A stretch of 64,000 nt of DNA, taken from the NCBI GenBank assembly GCA_030615625.1, contig JAUWYX010000002.1, forward strand, positions 82,722 to 146,721, in the 5' to 3' direction. How positions within the stretch are numbered: the stretch's first letter is position 1; the number at the start of each line of letters is the position of its first letter. This DNA comes from Dehalococcoidia bacterium (lineage in GTDB: Bacteria > Chloroflexota > Dehalococcoidia > GIF9 > AB-539-J10). A program made the translations under genes and the position numbers. The notes under the pieces were generated by a model, which worked only from the letters and a program-made list of their open reading frames with translations, ran no database searches and was not told the origin of the DNA. Positions 1 through 9,851 of the stretch are shown here, piece after piece.

Positions 1-2670
1 CTTGATATCTATTTTCACAGGGACACAAAGCTCGACAGCCCCGGGCATAAGTTCGGCAACCAGGGATTTCATTTCCTCCACTTCCTCTTCGGGCACCTCA
101 AAGAGCAATTCGTCGTGTATTTGTAACAGCATCTTGCTCTTAAGATTCCGCTTTCCCATTTCCCGATGGAGATTTATCATGGCAATTTTAATGATGTCGG
201 CGGAACTGCCCTGCACCGGGGCATTTATAGCCATGCGCTCCGCAGCTTCCCTGACCATTCGGTTGGAAGAATTAATTTCAGGCAGGAACCGCCGCCTCCC
301 CAACACTGTCTGTACATAGCCCAGCTTCCGGGCTTGCTCCTTGGTTGCCTCGAGATATTCCTTCACCCTGGGATATTTCTCAAAATACAGGGCGATAAAT
401 TGAGAGGCTTCCTCCCGGCTGAGATTGGTGGCTTGCTCCAATCCATAATCGCTCATGCCATAAACAACCCCGAAATTGACTATTTTGGCATTTCGGCGCA
501 TCTCAGGGGTCACTTCACCGGCGGGGATGCCGAAGATTTTAGAGGCGGTCGTGGCGTGGATATCCTCGTCGTGGGCAAAGGCGGCAATGAGACCGGGGTC
601 TTGAGAGAGGTGAGCCAGGGCTCTAAGGTCAATCTGGGAATAATCGGCGCTTAAAAGGTATGCCCCGGGCGGAGCTACGATAGCTTTCCTTATCTTATTT
701 CCAAGTTCACTTCTTATAGGTATATTCTGGAGGTTGGGGTCGCTGGAGGAGAGTCGGCCGGTAGCTGTGCCCGTCTGGTTGAAATTGGTATGCACCCTCC
801 CCGTCTTATGGTTAATAAGCGCGGGCAGGGCATCAACATAGGTCGACTTGAGCTTACTAAGCTGGCGGTATTCCAGTATAAATTCAATTACGGGATGAAC
901 GCCTCTCAATGCTTCCATGACCGAGGCTTCGGTGGAGTAGCCGGTTTTCGTTCTGCGAGACTGGGGTAGCTTGAGCTCCTGGAAAAGCACCCTGCCTAAT
1001 TGCTGGGGCGAGTTGATATTAAATTGATGCCCGACACTGCTGTAGATTTCCTTCTCCAGTCTTAGCAGTTCCTGGCCCAGCTCCAGAGACATCTCACGGA
1101 GCAGGTCGGTATCCAAAAGAATGCCATCTCTCTCCATAGCTACCAGAACTGGAATCAAAGCCATCTCCACCTCGGTGAAAAGCTGCCACAGTCCCTGTTT
1201 TCGTAGCTCGGTTTCCAAACTCTCCTTTAAACTCCAAGCGATATCCACGCTGGCGCAGGCATAATCGGCAATTCGTTTTACCTCCAGCAGGGATAGGGAG
1301 CTTTGTTTCTTTCCTGTGCCAGTTAATTCAGCGGGGGTTACTATTTCGGTGCCCAGTTTATTAAAGGCTAGCGCTTTAAGCCCCAGGTTTTTTTCGCCAA
1401 GGAGATAAGCCGCGAGCATGGGGTCGAAATTCAAATTCTCAAGCTTAACCCCACAAACAGCCAGTACCGCCATAACATGTTTGCCATTATGGGTAATTTT
1501 GCCTATGCTGGCATTTTCTAAAATTGTTTTGAGCCGGGCTGTAACCTGGGTTAGCGGCAATTGCGGCGGCTGATTTAGACCAAGGTGCCCCAGAGGTATA
1601 TAAAACGCCTTCCCCCGGGCTGGCGATATTGCTATTCCTACCAAATCGGCCATCGCAGCCTTTTCGCCCGTGGTTTCAATCTCGATGGCGAAGTCCTGTG
1701 CTTTTTCCAGCTCGCCTATAAGCTGCTCCAAAGCTGTCTCGGTGTTCACCACGTGGCACTTGACTGCCGAGGGCTGATGGCTCTCGGCCTTCATTTGGGG
1801 CAGCCTGGGAAGCAATTTAATGAACTCAAGCTCCTGGAAAAGCCTTGCTACTTCGTTCCGGTCATAGTGGCTTACCTGGCAGGTTTTCAAGTCCAGCTTG
1901 ACAGGAACATCTTTGACTATAGTAGCCAACTCTTTATTCCGGAAAGCCCGAGTCCGATATTCGCGTAGCGTGTCCTGCAACTTGCTCGGCGTTATATCTT
2001 CAATATGGTCGTAGATTCCCTGGAGGCTGCCATATTGCTGAAGTAATTTAGTGGCTGTTTTCTCACCGACGCCTGGCAGGCCAGGTATATTGTCCGAGAC
2101 ATCGCCAGCCAGCGCTTTAAGGTCGGGGAGTTGTTCTGGTTTGATGCCATATTTCTGCTCTACTGCCTCTTCATCGTACAGGATGGTATCTGTGAAGGTC
2201 CGCCTGGGAGCAAGGGTTTTCACTCGAGGCAAGACAGCCTGCAGCATGTCATTGTCCCCGGTAACAATGATGGTCTCAACGCCCTGCTCATCAGCCTGCC
2301 TGCTTAAGGTGCCCAGGACATCATCGGCCTCGAAGCCATCGATTTCAAAAACGGGGATATGGAAGGCTTCCACCAACTGGTGAACCTTTTTTATCTGGCT
2401 TTTCAACTCCTCCGGCGTGGCCGGGCGCTGCGCTTTGTACTCCTCGAACATTTCATGCCTGAAGGTCGGCGTGGGACGGTCAAAGGCGACAGCCCAGTGA
2501 GTGGGCTTAAAATCAGCAAATACTTTGAGCAGGGTACTGGCAAAGCCATAGACGGCATTTACCAGCTCCCCGGTCCTGGGTTGGGTTAGCGGGGGCAGGG
2601 CGTGAAAGGCGCGGTGCACCAGGGCATTGCCGTCAAAAAGCAGCAAAAGCGGTTTCTCTTCCTTTGCCAT
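1..2670 (-). CDS. polA: DNA polymerase I (PolA); partial, the C-terminal part runs off the window start
   Basis: Reverse-strand translation is continuous from the ATG at 2670-2668 (MAKEEKPLLLFDGNALVHRAFHALPPL..., a 5'-3' exonuclease N-terminus) through the polymerase-domain motifs (...VNFGVVYGMSDYGL..., ...LLQIHDELLFEV...) and runs off position 1. The plus-strand ORFs in this interval are antisense artefacts. Confidence 0.85.
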   Translation of the reverse strand, partial: MAKEEKPLLLLFDGNALVHRAFHALPPLTQPRTGELVNAVYGFASTLLKVFADFKPTHWAVAFDRPTPTFRHEMFEEYKAQRPATPEELKSQIKKVHQLVEAFHIPVFEIDGFEADDVLGTLSRQADEQGVETIIVTGDNDMLQAVLPRVKTLAPRRTFTDTILYDEEAVEQKYGIKPEQLPDLKALAGDVSDNIPGLPGVGEKTATKLLQQYGSLQGIYDHIEDITPSKLQDTLREYRTRAFRNKELATIVKDVPVKLDLKTCQVSHYDRNEVARLFQELEFIKLLPRLPQMKAESHQPSAVKCHVVNTETALEQLIGELEKAQDFAIEIETTGEKAAMADLVGIAISPARGKAFYIPLGHLGLNQPPQLPLTQVTARLKTILENASIGKITHNGKHVMAVLAVCGVKLENLNFDPMLAAYLLGEKNLGLKALAFNKLGTEIVTPAELTGTGKKQSSLSLLEVKRIADYACASVDIAWSLKESLETELRKQGLWQLFTEVEMALIPVLVAMERDGILLDTDLLREMSLELGQELLRLEKEIYSSVGHQFNINSPQQLGRVLFQELKLPQSRRTKTGYSTEASVMEALRGVHPVIEFILEYRQLSKLKSTYVDALPALINHKTGRVHTNFNQTGTATGRLSSSDPNLQNIPIRSELGNKIRKAIVAPPGAYLLSADYSQIDLRALAHLSQDPGLIAAFAHDEDIHATTASKIFGIPAGEVTPEMRRNAKIVNFGVVYGMSDYGLEQATNLSREEASQFIALYFEKYPRVKEYLEATKEQARKLGYVQTVLGRRRFLPEINSSNRMVREAAERMAINAPVQGSSADIIKIAMINLHREMGKRNLKSKMLLQIHDELLFEVPEEEVEEMKSLVAELMPGAVELCVPVKIDIK

Positions 2671-2788
2671 AGCCTTATTATACTATGGCTCCACCGAAAC
2701 CCTAAACAAAAGAAAGGAGAAATTTAATTCTTCCCATCGAAAGCCCAATGACCAAAACATGATAAAATCATGCCAGAAAGCTTGACAA

Positions 2789-3553
2789 ATGGCAGACACC
2801 ACTCACATTAATACAACCAGGCATAACCGTTTCTGGGAGATAGACCTCTTACGCACCATCGCCATAGTAGGTATGATAACCTTCCATACGCTCGATCTAC
2901 TTTACTTTTTTGACCTCTACCCCACCAATATGCTCTATGGGTTCTGGTGGTGGTGGATCAGAAGAGTGAACGCAGGAATTTTCATTTTCCTCGCCGGAGT
3001 AGCGCTCACAATCACCTATTCCAGAGGGAAGAACATGTCAGGGTTTATGCTCAGAGGCCTGAAAATATTCGGATGGGGCATGGCGCTTACTCTGATTACA
3101 TTGCTAATCTCCAGAACAGAGTACATCCGATTCGGCATACTTCACTTCTTCGGTATTGCGTTCATACTCACGCCTTTCTTTTTAAGATTCCGCTTCATCA
3201 ACCTGATACTGGGCATCGCTCTGCTGGCAGCAGGCATTTACCTGTGGGGTACTTCTTTCGACTTTCCTTGGCTGCTCTGGCTGGGGCTGAAGCCACATTA
3301 CTTCCGCACGCTGGATTACTTCCCGCTGCTGCCGTGGTTTGGCCTCTTTCTTGTGGGGATGTTTTTCGGCAAAATTCTATACCCGCAAGGAAATAGGCGC
3401 TTCAATATACATGAATTCAACGACCCTGTTACCTCAGCACTGACTTTTCCAGGAAGACATCCGCTGGTGATATATCTCGCCCAGTGGCCGACAGTTATCG
3501 GGGTCCTCCTCCTCCTGTTCCCTGCCAAGGTGCTCCCCTACTTCCCATTCTAA
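2789..3553 (+). CDS. Polytopic membrane protein, DUF1624 / heparan-alpha-glucosaminide N-acetyltransferase-like acyltransferase family
   Basis: N-terminal RFWEIDLLRTIAIVGMITFH motif and multiple hydrophobic segments typical of DUF1624 membrane acyltransferase-like proteins. Confidence 0.5.
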   Translation: MADTTHINTTRHNRFWEIDLLRTIAIVGMITFHTLDLLYFFDLYPTNMLYGFWWWWIRRVNAGIFIFLAGVALTITYSRGKNMSGFMLRGLKIFGWGMALTLITLLISRTEYIRFGILHFFGIAFILTPFFLRFRFINLILGIALLAAGIYLWGTSFDFPWLLWLGLKPHYFRTLDYFPLLPWFGLFLVGMFFGKILYPQGNRRFNIHEFNDPVTSALTFPGRHPLVIYLAQWPTVIGVLLLLFPAKVLPYFPF

Positions 3554-3580
3554 GCATGGCTCCAGAACTGCACCGACGCC

Positions 3581-4204
3581 TTAGTAACTGGTAAAAAAGA
3601 CCATCATTACGTAGATACCGAAGTGTATGATAAAACAAGGCAAAAACGACCTCGTTCTGTAAGCTACATAACCCAAAATGAAGCCGCCGGGGATGCAGGC
3701 CAGCGTCTCTAAAAAGGGCTTGCCCAGATGAAGCAACACAAAAGGAATGGCCTGCACAAAGATGGCACTTTTGCCTATCAACTTTTCCAGTCCAAACAGC
3801 ATATATCCACGGAACAGAAACTCCCAGGCAAACATGTATAGTGCGGTGTCGAGCAGCAGCTTGGACCAGTCTATGGCATCCCTGTGATAGTAAGAGTGAA
3901 ACTCGGGCATTTTACCGACCTCATAGAGAATCAGTGCCATGGCAGCAAGGCAGGCCGCGGTTAGAATTATCGACGCTTTCCAGCGGCCAATGCGGATGCC
4001 ATAATCCCAGGGCTTATCCCGAAAAAGCAGAAAGCCCGCCGCCAGCGGGACCAGCAGGTAATAAATGAGCTCCGTTGCCCGGGGAAAATCAATGTTTAAA
4101 GGATAGTAACGTTTCAGGACTAATACCAGCGTGGATATGCTGACCACCGCCAGAAGGTTCAGGTCATAGCCCCCTAACATCCTGTTTTTGATGTACTTTT
4201 GCAT
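3581..4204 (-). CDS. CPBP-family (CAAX) intramembrane metalloprotease
   Basis: Multi-TM protein with the signature motifs EFLFRG (EExxxR-like) and FVLLHLGK (HxxxN/H) of CPBP/Abi glutamic endopeptidases. Confidence 0.6.
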   Translation of the reverse strand: MQKYIKNRMLGGYDLNLLAVVSISTLVLVLKRYYPLNIDFPRATELIYYLLVPLAAGFLLFRDKPWDYGIRIGRWKASIILTAACLAAMALILYEVGKMPEFHSYYHRDAIDWSKLLLDTALYMFAWEFLFRGYMLFGLEKLIGKSAIFVQAIPFVLLHLGKPFLETLACIPGGFILGYVAYRTRSFLPCFIIHFGIYVMMVFFTSY

Positions 4205-4616
4205 TCCAGTTGCGACGGACTACACCTTCTTATTAGCCCATGGTTCCAAGGCACCTTCTAATGGCAGTAGTGTACCACAAACGACTATTTAGACAATCCG
4301 TTCAAGCGGCAACCATGCAGCGTTAGTAGTTGACATTCGAAGCAGAAATTTGCTACAATTACCTCTTTAAGGTTTATAACTTGGGGAAAAGTCACCTGAG
4401 GTCTTTCTCCTAATGAAAAAACTCCATCCGCAGCAATTTCAAGGGTACCGTCACAGCCACGCTTCTAAAAACCTGTGCGTATAAGTTTGTAAGCAATAGT
4501 TGTTTGCATTTATTAGACACATACCGTAAAGGAGGTGAAGGTTATAGAGTAAATATAGTTTTATGAGTTTTATTAGGCCTTTTATGTAAAAAGAATCTAA
4601 AAGGGAGGAGGGAAAA

Positions 4617-6164
4617 ATGGCTTTAAAGAAATATTGCATTATTGCTCTTGTGGCAGTCATGGTGATGGTGTTGTCCGTGGGGAGCCCTATTGTCGTCGCC
4701 GAGTACTCACCTGAGTCCTCACCTGGGCTCCACACGGGTTGGATGATGGAGCTCGGTGGAGATAACATCACGTATAACCGCACGTATGAATACTATATCC
4801 CGACCGGTTACACCGGTTCAGAGGAGGTCCCCCTGTTGTTTTCGTTTCACGGCTTGGGCAGCAGCGGATTAGGCCAGATCACTCTAACCGAGTTTGATGT
4901 ACTTGCCGAACAAGAAGGGTTTATTGCCGTGTTTCCGAATGCCACAACATTAGATCCGGCGAGTTATCCCTCCTGCGCAGAGGGTTTGCCAGATCTCCCC
5001 GGTGCAGAAATCCAGTGGAATATGGGTGCACCAGGGTCATTGCAATACTGCGCAGGTATTGATGATGTGGGATTTGCTTCGGACATGGTTGACTGGTTTG
5101 AAAATAACTATAACATTGATGAAAGCCGGATCTACGCCACGGGGATGTCCAACGGCGCCATGTTTTCATACTTACTGGCCTTTAACCTGACGGGCACGTT
5201 TGCAGGCATCGCACCGGTTTGTTCACCAATGACGTTAAATCTGGGTGGGAGCACCACTCCGATAACCGTGATAGTGATGATGGGCACAGCCGACCCAATC
5301 GTTCCTTATGAGGGTTATGGTAGCCTAAATGTCACTTATTCTACCAATGAGACTATCGCTTACTGGCGTGGGGTCGACAATACAACCACCGGGCCGGTGG
5401 AAACTGTATGGGGGCCAACTGAGTCGGATTCGACCGTAGTTACCCGCTATGTTTACAGCGGAGGAACGGACGGGACCGAGGTGATATTGTTTAAGGTCGA
5501 TGGGGGCGGGCATACATGGCCCGGCGGGCCCGAGTATGCGCCCGAGTGGGTGATTGGCAAATTTTCCAATCATATCGACGGCAGTGCACAAATATGGAAG
5601 TATTTACCGCCGGAAAAATATTTCCTGACAATATACAGCACTAAAGGTGGCTCGGTAACCACTCCTGGCCGGGAGACATTCGCCAATATCGAGTTTGACG
5701 GAGCTACTATGTTCTTCTATCCCGGCACCGGTGACACCGTGGTCGACCTTGTGGCCACACCATTTAGTAGTAACTGGGAGTTCGTCAACTGGACCGGTGA
5801 CGTGAGTACCATCGCCGATGCCGATGCTGCCACAACCACTATCACTATCACCCCGGACAGAGACTATGAAATCACAGCCAATTTTCAGCTTGTGTCAGAA
5901 GAAGAGCCCGGGGGATGCTTCATAGCCACCGCAGCCTACGGAACTTCCACCGCTGAACAACTCGATGTGTTGCGAGAGTTCCGGGATGACGTGTTGCTGG
6001 AAAGCACCGTGGGCTCTCGACTTGTTGACCTCTACTACCAGGTCAGCCCCCCTATCGCAGACTTCATATCGGAACATAGCTTTGTGAGAACCCTGGTCAG
6101 GGAGCTCCTGATTGACCCCGTTGTTTGGTTAGTTGAAGCCACGGGAGATATATGGCGGAATTAA
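4617..6164 (+). CDS. Secreted alpha/beta-hydrolase (esterase/PHB-depolymerase-like) with one InlB-B-type repeat and a conserved C-terminal module
   Basis: N-terminal signal peptide. The hydrolase region has LLFSFHGLGSSG and a GMSNG nucleophile elbow (GxSxG). A ~75-aa repeat (VNWTGDVSTIADADAATTTITITPDRDYEITANF) follows. The C-terminus is GGCFIATAAYGTSTAEQLDVLREFRD...SPPIADFI, shared with two other proteins in the window. There is a strong RBS (AAAGGGAGGAGGG) upstream. Confidence 0.6.
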   Translation: MALKKYCIIALVAVMVMVLSVGSPIVVAEYSPESSPGLHTGWMMELGGDNITYNRTYEYYIPTGYTGSEEVPLLFSFHGLGSSGLGQITLTEFDVLAEQEGFIAVFPNATTLDPASYPSCAEGLPDLPGAEIQWNMGAPGSLQYCAGIDDVGFASDMVDWFENNYNIDESRIYATGMSNGAMFSYLLAFNLTGTFAGIAPVCSPMTLNLGGSTTPITVIVMMGTADPIVPYEGYGSLNVTYSTNETIAYWRGVDNTTTGPVETVWGPTESDSTVVTRYVYSGGTDGTEVILFKVDGGGHTWPGGPEYAPEWVIGKFSNHIDGSAQIWKYLPPEKYFLTIYSTKGGSVTTPGRETFANIEFDGATMFFYPGTGDTVVDLVATPFSSNWEFVNWTGDVSTIADADAATTTITITPDRDYEITANFQLVSEEEPGGCFIATAAYGTSTAEQLDVLREFRDDVLLESTVGSRLVDLYYQVSPPIADFISEHSFVRTLVRELLIDPVVWLVEATGDIWRN

Positions 6165-6316
6165 GGTGATGTAGAGTGTTGGGTTATACGGAGAAGCTTG
6201 CCCATTGGTACAAGGGTGAGACACCGACCCAGCAAAGGATATCATACCTGCCATGCCCAGAGCCGACCGTGTCTGGACACGGTCGGCTCTTTTATTACCA
6301 TTCTCTCCACACTCGA

Positions 6317-6341
6317 CAGCGCGGGGGGTGTGATATAATAA
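6317..6341 (+). promoter_or_regulatory. Putative promoter with extended -10 (GCGCGGGGGGTGTGATATAATA) upstream of the small secreted protein genes
   Basis: TGATATAAT fits TGnTATAAT. Nearly the same box (GCGCGGGGCGTGATATAATA) recurs at 44988-45007. Confidence 0.45.
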
Positions 6342-6433
6342 ATGCAAACCAAGATTTTGGGGAACTAAACTATTACAGGAGAAGGTAGTGGTTGAAGCCT
6401 CGTTGAGACAAATAATGACGAGGTGTTTTTAAA

Positions 6434-6973
6434 GTGAGTGGAAGTACTAGGAAGAAACTGCTAGCTAGCCTCTCTGCCCTTCTGGCAGCTATAATGATAT
6501 TTGCTACCTTTTGTGCTCCCCAGGAAGATAAAGTACAAGAGGCATTAAATCAAACCAAGATGCAAGCGCTATTCGGACAATTGCTTGCGTCCCAAAATAT
6601 TTCAATCGGATTTGGTAATACTGGGGGAGATTTAGCAAGGGTAAGCTACGCGGGTGGAAACTATACCATAACCATTCACAATAGTTACGCAGGCGCAAAC
6701 GTATCAGTAATCAAGGCGTTCCTTGCTCATGAACTCACCCATGTTAAGTGGGCAGTAAATGGCACCGGTGCCCTCGTCACTCATAACCTCACCTTCGCGG
6801 AGGAATACGATGCTTGGAAAACACAAACCGAGGTTTGGAGGGCACATAAAGGCGGCTTAACAGACGACCAGCTCGATCAAAAGGAGCAGCTTATATTCAC
6901 CAACGGGGGATACCGGAATAAGGACGAGGTGAAGACAACGCTGGAGTGGGTGGGCTATACGTTCGGCGACTAA
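6434..6973 (+). CDS. Small secreted/anchored protein with an HExxH motif (putative mini zinc-metallopeptidase-like); GTG start
   Basis: N-terminus MSGSTRKKLLASLSALLAAIMIFAT is a hydrophobic signal/anchor. AFLAHELTHVKW contains HExxH. The 5' ~110 bp, including the upstream leader, are ~95% identical to the next gene. Confidence 0.45.
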   Translation: MSGSTRKKLLASLSALLAAIMIFATFCAPQEDKVQEALNQTKMQALFGQLLASQNISIGFGNTGGDLARVSYAGGNYTITIHNSYAGANVSVIKAFLAHELTHVKWAVNGTGALVTHNLTFAEEYDAWKTQTEVWRAHKGGLTDDQLDQKEQLIFTNGGYRNKDEVKTTLEWVGYTFGD

Positions 6974-7015
6974 AGGCTCGCTGAGGCAAACAAATAATGT
7001 CGAGGTGTTTTTAAA

Positions 7016-7627
7016 GTGAGTGGAAGTACTAAGAAGAAACTGCTAGCTAGCCTCTCTGCCCTTCTGGCTGCTATAATGATATTCGCTACCTCTAGTGCTT
7101 CCCAGGAAGAAATGAACTACACGCAACATGAGGAGCCGGGTTTTGGAGTGACCTTCGAATACCCGCAAGGTTGGCGCCTGGTGAGGTGGGACCTCGAATC
7201 CCCTCCTTATGCGGGTGGTATATGCATATACACTGAGTACACCGGGGAGGACTTGAAGGAGCCGAGGGCCGTTGCCCTGATACTTTCGATAGTTCCTGCG
7301 GTGGAACAGGGAGGGAGTCTGACAACGGTGGATGAGTATGTTGACTATACAATCGTGCAGAGAAGCATCGGTACTACTATGGTTATCAGTGATAATAGCA
7401 CAACGATCGCAGGCCAGTCTGCAAGGGAGGTAAGCATCTCCTACGACCTTCTCCTCCCACCGAACGTTATAGACCCCACACTTGTAACTTGCATAACAAC
7501 CTGGGTGGTCTGCAAGAAAAATGGGTACTTTTATGACCTTCAATTCAGTGCCGGCGCAGCCGACTACGATGACTTCTTCGAAAAAGTTTACGAACATGCT
7601 AAAGAAACGATTAGCTTTGCATCGTAA
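7016..7627 (+). CDS. Small secreted/anchored protein, paralogous N-terminus to the upstream gene; PsbP/DUF1795-like fold suspected
   Basis: N-terminus MSGSTKKKLLASLSALLAAIMIFAT is almost identical to the 6434 gene. The mature part (FEYPQGWRLVRWDL...) is unrelated to its neighbour. Fold assignment is tentative. Confidence 0.45.
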   Translation: MSGSTKKKLLASLSALLAAIMIFATSSASQEEMNYTQHEEPGFGVTFEYPQGWRLVRWDLESPPYAGGICIYTEYTGEDLKEPRAVALILSIVPAVEQGGSLTTVDEYVDYTIVQRSIGTTMVISDNSTTIAGQSAREVSISYDLLLPPNVIDPTLVTCITTWVVCKKNGYFYDLQFSAGAADYDDFFEKVYEHAKETISFAS

Positions 7628-8009
7628 GGCTTTTGAGAAGACCCTGGCATTTGCCTAGCCCAAGACTTATCTTAATCTAACCAGCACCGGGTATTTATCA
7701 GGTCAATCGACCACCTTGTTCCTCAAGCTATTGGATACCCCGGGCACACCACCATCTTAAATATTAGTAATAGTCTAGTTTTTCCTGAAAGCTGCATATA
7801 ATTTGCCCTGTTCTATACGTTCCGGCTCCACATTTTTGTAGTTGCCCCGATTTCATCGGGGCTAGTAATCACCGCCCCAACAAGGTTGACCAAGACGGAG
7901 ACGTGCCCGATGACCCTTACTACTCAGGATAGTGACCTGGAGCAGCTTGTATCACAGTCCTGGGAAACAGGGGTATAATAAACAAGGAAGGGAGAAGACG
8001 AGCAAAGGC

Positions 8010-9731
8010 ATGAAAAACAGCGAGGTGGCTAAGGTATTTCAGGACATTGCTGACCTTCTGGAGCTTAAAGGGGAGAATGTCTTCAAGATTCGCGCCTATC
8101 AGAAGGCAGCCAGGGCTATCGAGCACTACCCCAGGGAATTAAAGGTTATGATTGACGAAGGGGAGGAGTTGCAGAGTATTCCCGGCGTGGGTGAGGCAAT
8201 AGCTAAAAAGACCACCGAGCTGATAACGACCGGTAAGCTGGGTTATTATGAGAATCTGAAGGCTGAGTTTCCCCAAGGGGTAACTAATCTCCTGGCCATA
8301 CCAGGGATTGGGCCTAAGACGGCTCACAAGCTTTCCAGTGAGTTAGGGATAAGCTCTGTGGATGAACTGGAGCGAGCAATCAATGAGGGGCGAGTGGCTA
8401 AGGTCTTCCGTCTGGGCGAAAAGACCGCTGATAATATCCTTCACCAAATCCAGGCATTGCGCCGCAAAGACCAGCGCATCCCTATTGGCGAAGCTTTGCC
8501 CATTGTCGAGGACATATTAGGCGCCCTCCGCTCCGTCCCCGGCGTGAGAAATCTCACTCCCGCTGGCAGCTTACGGCGCTTTCGGGAAACATTGGGTGAT
8601 ATTGACCTGATGGGCACTGCCGATAACCCTAAAGAGGTTATAGATGCTTTTGTTGCCCTGCCTCACGTAAGGCAGGTGCTGGCCCAGGGGTCAACCAAGG
8701 CCAGTGTTATTGTCAGCGGCGGGTTGCAAGTTGACTTGAGGATGGTGGAGCATGACTCCTTCGGTTCCTTGCTTCAGTATTTTACCGGGAGTAAACAGCA
8801 TAACATTTCCTTGAGAGAAAGAGGGCATAAGCAAGGGTTAAAGCTGAGTGAGTATGGGATAACTGTTATAGCTACAGATAAGCTGGAAAAATTTTCTACG
8901 GAGGAAGAATTCTATCATCGGCTGGGACTTCAGTATATTCCACCAGAACTCAGAGAAGCTCAGGGTGAAATAAAAAAGGCTGAGCAGGGAGCTATACCAA
9001 AACTCGTGGAGTTATCTGACATAAAGGGAAACTTTCATACGCATACTGAATGGAGCGATGGGCATGATTCCATCGAGGAACTGGCTCTGGCTGCCAAAGA
9101 TATGGGCTATCAATATATCGCAATCACGGAACATTCCGCTGGACGTGGTATTGCTCACGGTCTCAATGTGGAGAGGCTGAGGAGGCAAGTTGCTGAAATC
9201 AGAGCTCTTAACGGGCGCTTAACCGGGATTCATGTGCTTACTGGCATCGAGGTTGATATTCGGGCGGATGGCAGCTTAGACCTGCCACACGAAATTCTAT
9301 CTGAATTGGATATGGTGATTGCTGCTGTACACTCCGCTATGCACCAAAGTGAAGAAAAGATGACCCGGAGGGTAATAGACGCCATAGAAAATCCCGATGT
9401 TGATATGATTGCCCACCCTACTTGCCGCCTTTTGGGAGAGCGTGAGCCCGTAGCCATAGACTTAGAAGCCATCTTTCAGGCGGCAGCTAAGTATAATAAG
9501 ATTATGGAGATTAACGCCATGCCTGACCGCCTCGATTTAAAGGATATCCATGCTTTCCGTGCCAGAGATTTGGGAGTAAAGCTCGCCATCGGGACCGATG
9601 CTCATAGCATTGCTCATCTGGGCTTTATGCGATTCGGGGTTGGCGTCGCTCGACGGGCTTGGTGTGAGCCGCAGCATATATTAAATACTTTACCCCTGAC
9701 AGAATTGCTTGCCTTTTTAAATAGGAATTGA
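8010..9731 (+). CDS. polX: DNA polymerase X family protein with C-terminal PHP phosphoesterase domain
   Basis: Pol-beta-like N-terminus (KIRAYQKAARAIE, helix-hairpin-helix GIGPKTA) and a PHP domain (FHTHTEWSDGHDSIEELA...ITEHS). The ATG at 8010 is preceded by GGAAGGGAGAAG. The track's 7932 start is an upstream extension. Confidence 0.85.
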   Translation: MKNSEVAKVFQDIADLLELKGENVFKIRAYQKAARAIEHYPRELKVMIDEGEELQSIPGVGEAIAKKTTELITTGKLGYYENLKAEFPQGVTNLLAIPGIGPKTAHKLSSELGISSVDELERAINEGRVAKVFRLGEKTADNILHQIQALRRKDQRIPIGEALPIVEDILGALRSVPGVRNLTPAGSLRRFRETLGDIDLMGTADNPKEVIDAFVALPHVRQVLAQGSTKASVIVSGGLQVDLRMVEHDSFGSLLQYFTGSKQHNISLRERGHKQGLKLSEYGITVIATDKLEKFSTEEEFYHRLGLQYIPPELREAQGEIKKAEQGAIPKLVELSDIKGNFHTHTEWSDGHDSIEELALAAKDMGYQYIAITEHSAGRGIAHGLNVERLRRQVAEIRALNGRLTGIHVLTGIEVDIRADGSLDLPHEILSELDMVIAAVHSAMHQSEEKMTRRVIDAIENPDVDMIAHPTCRLLGEREPVAIDLEAIFQAAAKYNKIMEINAMPDRLDLKDIHAFRARDLGVKLAIGTDAHSIAHLGFMRFGVGVARRAWCEPQHILNTLPLTELLAFLNRN

Positions 9732-9851
9732 TGATTAGCATGGCCCTTTTTGACTTAAATGGCGCTTTGCCCCTGAAGGCACAGGGAAATTCCGGAGGAA
9801 TGTCAGTTCCTTGACATGCCACCGAATAATTACGAAAAAAGGAGGTTCATA

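Noticed and set aside
2-2589. Plus-strand ORFs 2..319, 166..654, 1585..1968, 2051..2383 and 2359..2589
   Set aside because: They lie antisense to a continuous, motif-rich PolA reading frame on the minus strand. Low-complexity translations; artefacts.
7834-7852. Hairpin GCCCCGAT-TTC-ATCGGGGC as an intrinsic terminator
   Set aside because: There is no U-tract on either strand after the stem. Noted only as a possible structured element.
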